Shown in pieces: positions 59,950 through 64,000 of a stretch of 64,000 bases of DNA. The position numbers and the translations under genes were made by a program. Every line of letters starts with the position of its first letter. The first letter of the stretch is position 1. Location of the stretch: the NCBI GenBank assembly GCA_963833985.1, contig CAWIAD010000002.1, forward strand, positions 3,072,001 through 3,136,000, in the 5' to 3' direction. Origin of the DNA: an uncultured Planctomycetaceae bacterium. GTDB taxonomy: Bacteria; Planctomycetota; Planctomycetia; Isosphaerales; Isosphaeraceae. Under the pieces are notes generated by a model. It made no database searches and had not been told where the DNA came from. It saw only the letters and a list, made by a program, of their open reading frames with translations.

Positions 59950-61239
59950 TCAGAGCGCGGCAACGCCTTGCGGACGAACCAGATTCGGGACGGGCAAGAC
60001 CGTTGGCGAGGACGGTACCTCCATCAACGTGCCGTCCGCACCCACGCTGAAGACGTGCAAGGCGTTGGCCTCGGGCGTGGACATGGCGGAGAACTGCTGG
60101 GTGACGACGTGCAGGAAGCTCTCCGTCGGGTCCAGAGCGAACTGGTATCCGCCGGGGTTGCTTCCCGGCGCCACATCAAGATCAATCTTCTGAATCTCGA
60201 CGGGCTGGGACGGGTCGGTCGCGATGTCAAACACCGAGATGCTGGGGTCACCGGTATTGCTGGCGTAAAGTCGCGTGCCTGCCTTGTTCACCAGCAGCCA
60301 GCAGACGCCGTTACCCGAATCGGCAACCGAGCGCAGAAAGTGCAGGCCGCCGATCGGAGTGTACCGGTACACTCCCACCCGGTTGATCGTGACGAAGCCG
60401 ACGTAGAGGAAAGGGCGATGCGGGTGCACCGCCAGGCCCAGCGGCAAGGGCGGCGCGCCCGAGGCCGCGAACTCCATGGGCGGTAACGCCAGGGCGGCTT
60501 GCGGCGCGAGGCGGCCCTTTTCCCCGATCGAGAGGGTACGCAGCAAGCCGCCCAGAAAGTCCGCCCCGAAGAGGAGCCGGCCCGACGGCGAGATGAGCGC
60601 CTGCGAGGGGTTGGATCCCAGATCGTCATAGAGCGTCGAGTTGGGAACCGGACGGAGCTGACCCTTCGGGGACACCTTGAACGAGGTGTAGTTTGGCAGT
60701 GTCTTGCCGGGATGATTCGGGTCATCGTCCTTGTTCACGACGCACAGAATGTCTCCCGCGAGCCCCAGGCTCACGGGGTTCGACCCGCCAGAGGAAAACG
60801 GCGAGCCTGGAACCGGGGTGAGAGATCCGTCGCCCTGGATCGAGAACACGGCGATCGTGTCGGAGCCTCCGTTGACGGCAAACAAGAGCGTGTGCGAGGG
60901 GTTGACGATGATCTCCTGATCCGAGTCGTATGGTCCCAGGTCGAACGTCGGCGTCACGCCCAACCCGGCGGTCGAAAATGGCGAGCCCGGCAGCGGGGAC
61001 AGGCTTCCATCGGCCCCTCTCGTGTATGCCAGGATGGCATTGCCGCCGGGATCGTTGCTCTCCACATAGACGAGGTTCCTTGGTCCCTGAGCCTGGGCCG
61101 TGGCCAACTGGCCAGACGTAACCAGCAGCGCAACAGCAAGCGACGCTAGCAAACACGAGCTGCGCAAGCGAACCACGACCGATGAAACCGGTTGCGGTCG
61201 TTCTGTGACCCGGGCGCTTCTCCTGAAGTTGAACAGCAC
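59950..61239 (-). CDS. Secreted lactonase-family beta-propeller protein
   Basis: VYVESN, L.P.PGSPF.T/SGG, LFAVNGGSDTIAVF, NPSQALISP; GTG start with GGGAG RBS. Confidence 0.8.
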   Translation of the reverse strand: MLFNFRRSARVTERPQPVSSVVVRLRSSCLLASLAVALLVTSGQLATAQAQGPRNLVYVESNDPGGNAILAYTRGADGSLSPLPGSPFSTAGLGVTPTFDLGPYDSDQEIIVNPSHTLLFAVNGGSDTIAVFSIQGDGSLTPVPGSPFSSGGSNPVSLGLAGDILCVVNKDDDPNHPGKTLPNYTSFKVSPKGQLRPVPNSTLYDDLGSNPSQALISPSGRLLFGADFLGGLLRTLSIGEKGRLAPQAALALPPMEFAASGAPPLPLGLAVHPHRPFLYVGFVTINRVGVYRYTPIGGLHFLRSVADSGNGVCWLLVNKAGTRLYASNTGDPSISVFDIATDPSQPVEIQKIDLDVAPGSNPGGYQFALDPTESFLHVVTQQFSAMSTPEANALHVFSVGADGTLMEVPSSPTVLPVPNLVRPQGVAAL

Positions 61240-61436
61240 GGTCGATTCTCCCTCGATTGGAATGATGCGAGATTCCTGGCGAGGCCGGCCCACCAGATGC
61301 CTGGGCGCGGTCAGCGAGCCCGACCACGGGTGGACGCGATTGGTCCGCCGGTGGATGACAGATCAGGGCCGCCGGGAATGAGTCGACCGGCGTGCGGATT
61401 CCTGACAGCGTTCGTGTCGAAATGGCGGCGAAAGGC

Positions 61437-61730
61437 TCACTCGCCATCGAGCGCGCGGTGGATCCGTGCGCGCGCGTCGGCCGGCAAGCCAGGGCCTGGC
61501 AAGGGCAGGGGAAGGTCCGTGTCCAGACGACTGGCCAGCAGTCGCAAGGAGCGGCTCAAGAGTGCAATTTGCCTCGAGTACCGGCGGCAGGCCGCGCAAT
61601 ATAGAAAGTGGCTTCGAAGGGCGAAACGCTCCGTCGGCGACAGCTCGCGGTCGAGCGACTCGCAGGCCAGGCGAGACATTCCCTCGCAGGGAAGGTTCAT
61701 CAGATGCCAGATCCGGCCGAGAGCGCTCAT
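61437..61730 (-). CDS. Zinc-binding anti-sigma factor (zf-HC2/ZAS)
   Basis: C.....L....DREL...ER..L..H...C..C; ATGA overlap with sigma gene. Confidence 0.9.
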   Translation of the reverse strand: MSALGRIWHLMNLPCEGMSRLACESLDRELSPTERFALRSHFLYCAACRRYSRQIALLSRSLRLLASRLDTDLPLPLPGPGLPADARARIHRALDGE

Positions 61731-62377
61731 GCGCGCAGTACGCCTTTCACGGCAGATGGTTTCCGTTTCGAATGGCCGAACCAGTTCGACTCCAGGCATT
61801 GACGAAGCAGTGAGCGTGCCCGATGAAGGCGCTTCCAGAAGTTCGAGGGCGTGATGGCCAGGATCTCCTGGACCTGCTCGGCGTCAAGTCCATCCACCTC
61901 GCGCAGGAAGAACGAGTCGGCGATTCCCCGTGGTAAGTTCTCCAGGCACCGGCCAAAGACCTCCCAGAACTCGCGTGTCTCGATCTCTGCGACCGGATCA
62001 CCCCTCCAGGCGGCCGGACCGGCACGCCAGAGGCCGCGACGGTCGAAGGGAGACTCGCGCGCGGCCCCACCTTCATGCCCCATGACCGCGACCGGGCCCC
62101 GACTCGCCTTGCGCAAGCGGTCGATGACCTTGTGCTTGAGAATGCCCACCAGCCAGGTGCGCTCGCTGGAACGACCCGCGAAGGAGTCCTGGACGCGGAG
62201 TGCCTCCAGGAAGGTGTCCTGAACCACGTCCGCGGCCTGATCGGGTGAACGGAGGCGCAACAGCGCATAACGGTAGAGCACATCTCCGTGCCTCTCTACC
62301 CAGAGGTGCGGGTCCAGCGGCGCGTCGTGACTCTCGGGCCGACAACCCGCCGATCGTTGACCGGTCTGCAAGCTCAT
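61727..62377 (-). CDS. ECF sigma-70 factor
   Basis: LYRYA..RL, A.DVVQDTFL.A, F.GRSS.RTWL.GILKHK.ID, F.LREVDG, LHRAR..LR.CLE.NW. Confidence 0.92.
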   Translation of the reverse strand: MSLQTGQRSAGCRPESHDAPLDPHLWVERHGDVLYRYALLRLRSPDQAADVVQDTFLEALRVQDSFAGRSSERTWLVGILKHKVIDRLRKASRGPVAVMGHEGGAARESPFDRRGLWRAGPAAWRGDPVAEIETREFWEVFGRCLENLPRGIADSFFLREVDGLDAEQVQEILAITPSNFWKRLHRARSLLRQCLESNWFGHSKRKPSAVKGVLRA

Positions 62378-62466
62378 GATGGTGAGTCGTCCAGACCCTG
62401 CAATTCCTGACAAAGTTTTTTTCTTACCGGCCCGGCGCCCTGGCATGACACTCAGACCGCTTGCGG

Positions 62467-64000
62467 TCAATCTCCTGGTCGGTGGGCGGGAACCGGCTCG
62501 AGCACGCCCAGACGAACACCGGGGACTTCACCCCGAGGGTAAGCACCCAGGGCAATGGCGGGGCTGTCGCGCGGGACCCTGAAGTCGAGCGTCAGGTCAT
62601 CTTCCAGACGGAACGGAGCGACGCGGCTCCCTTGCTCGAGATTCAGTTGCTGGCGGACCTCGTCGAGCGAGGCGTACGCCTTGTGTGTTTTCCACTCCAC
62701 ACCCCAGTGGAAGGGAGCCTCACCGGCGGGTGGGTCATACAGATTGTTCACAAAGGTCATGTGAAGCGCTTCCAGCGAGGGCCCCTTGTGGCGGGCCTGT
62801 GTGTGCTCGGGGGATGCCGCTGGCCAGTGACGGCCGTCATCGTTGTCGAACCAGCCCCACACCTGCGCCGAGCGGTTCGCGGCGAAGACGTTGTGGCGAA
62901 TCACCTCATCGTGATTCCAGACCGGCTCCTCACGGGCGCCCCTTCGGCCGTCGATCCGCGGGGTCGTCCGGTCCTGCTCGCGGAAGCAGAACCCTTCCTG
63001 GTTGGCCAGAATGAGGTTCCGCTCGATCACGCAGTCGGGCGACGACGACACACAGATGCCCCCCGATGCGCCCGAGCGCCCGGGGTATCCGCCCGGCCGT
63101 TACCGAAGATCACATTGTCGGTCGCGTGCAGGCCAAAACTGATCTCGTAGAAGATGCCGGCATCCTGGTTCCCCGCGATCAGGCAGTTCTTCACCGTGCA
63201 ATCCTCGTTGCCGATATCGAACCAGACGCCCGTGCCGTAGTTCTCTTCGAACCGGCTGTGCGCGATGACGACTCCCCGGCTCTGGCAGATCTTGTCGCCG
63301 CCGGCCTCCCAGCCGCGATCGAAGTTCTTGGTGTTATTGCGGCGGGTGACGCAGTCGGTCATGAGCAGACGGTGGGCCCGGTTCGCACCCCAGCCAAGCT
63401 GGCCGTTGTCCTGGAACGTGCACCGCCGGACCACCTGGCCTGGCCCCAGGAACACGGCACCGCTGGAGTTAGTTTGCTCGAAGACGCAATCCTCAATCAC
63501 GTCGCCACGGCCGTGGAACTGCGCCGCGCCCTGCTGTGCGGCGTTCGCGGCGTGCCGGAAACGCATACCCCTCACAGACACATGATCGCCCCGTCCATCC
63601 CACGACACGGAGCGCACGGACGCCTCGACGCGCAGCGTGTTCAGGTCTTCGTTGCCCGCACCCCAGGCAAAGAGCCGCCCGGCCTGCTCGTCCACGAAGA
63701 AGGTCCCGCGTTCCATGCGTTCGCGCTGGAGCACCTGGCGGAGGGGGAAGTCCTGCACGAAGACCTGCTCGGCCCGGCCGATCAAAAGGTGATGGTCGTC
63801 ATCCGGATGCGTCCTCGTCTTCGACCAGCCGAGGAACTGGTGCGTCCAGGGCACGCTGAAGATCCGCTCTCCCCGCTCCTTTTCCGCCCGCCATCCCGTG
63901 ATCGCATCGGCACCATCAATGATCACGCGGGCCAGGGGCGCAGCCACGAAACGGACAGGCCGTTCCGCCGTGCCGCTTCGGGTCACCACCACGGACTCGC
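62467..64000 (-). CDS. Right-handed parallel beta-helix repeat protein (5' end outside window); frameshift ~63070
   Basis: GTAERPV, WEAGGDK, GVWFDIGN, GIFYEIS repeats; continues in ORF 62467..63051. Confidence 0.8.

Overview
This is a GC-rich bacterial window with Planctomycetota (Isosphaeraceae-like) hallmarks: LE.R.LL-type secreted proteins, DUF1080, DUF1570, DUF362 and Tat-exported proteins. The taxon is inferred, not proven. Core-type genes are a pstSCAB operon, rarA, comEC, hflKC, a polysaccharide-export protein, an MFS transporter, an orphan FliM/FliN(SctQ)-like gene behind a four-gene two-component cascade, a GT4/LPS-kinase/MsbA-like cluster and an ECF sigma/anti-sigma pair. Between rarA and the 3' end of comEC (~8.9-29.9 kb) lies an accessory, repeat-rich region. 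It carries an RND pump, two toxin-antitoxin pairs, a calpain-like protease, an HNH-like gene, MITE/REP-like elements and two diverged extra fragments of the comEC 3' end. The most striking structure is a RAYT-type HUH (Y1) transposase enclosed by two inward-facing arrays of a non-palindromic repeat (core GTGTCAGTTCATTTTTC). Array units share a fixed outer end and have variable inner truncation; a third array of the same core supplies the comEC stop codon. A fluoride riboswitch with a clear terminator precedes an uncharacterised putative outer-membrane barrel protein. About ten genes contain frameshifts, which suggests long-read consensus errors, so fine repeat structure and pseudogene calls need read-level confirmation.
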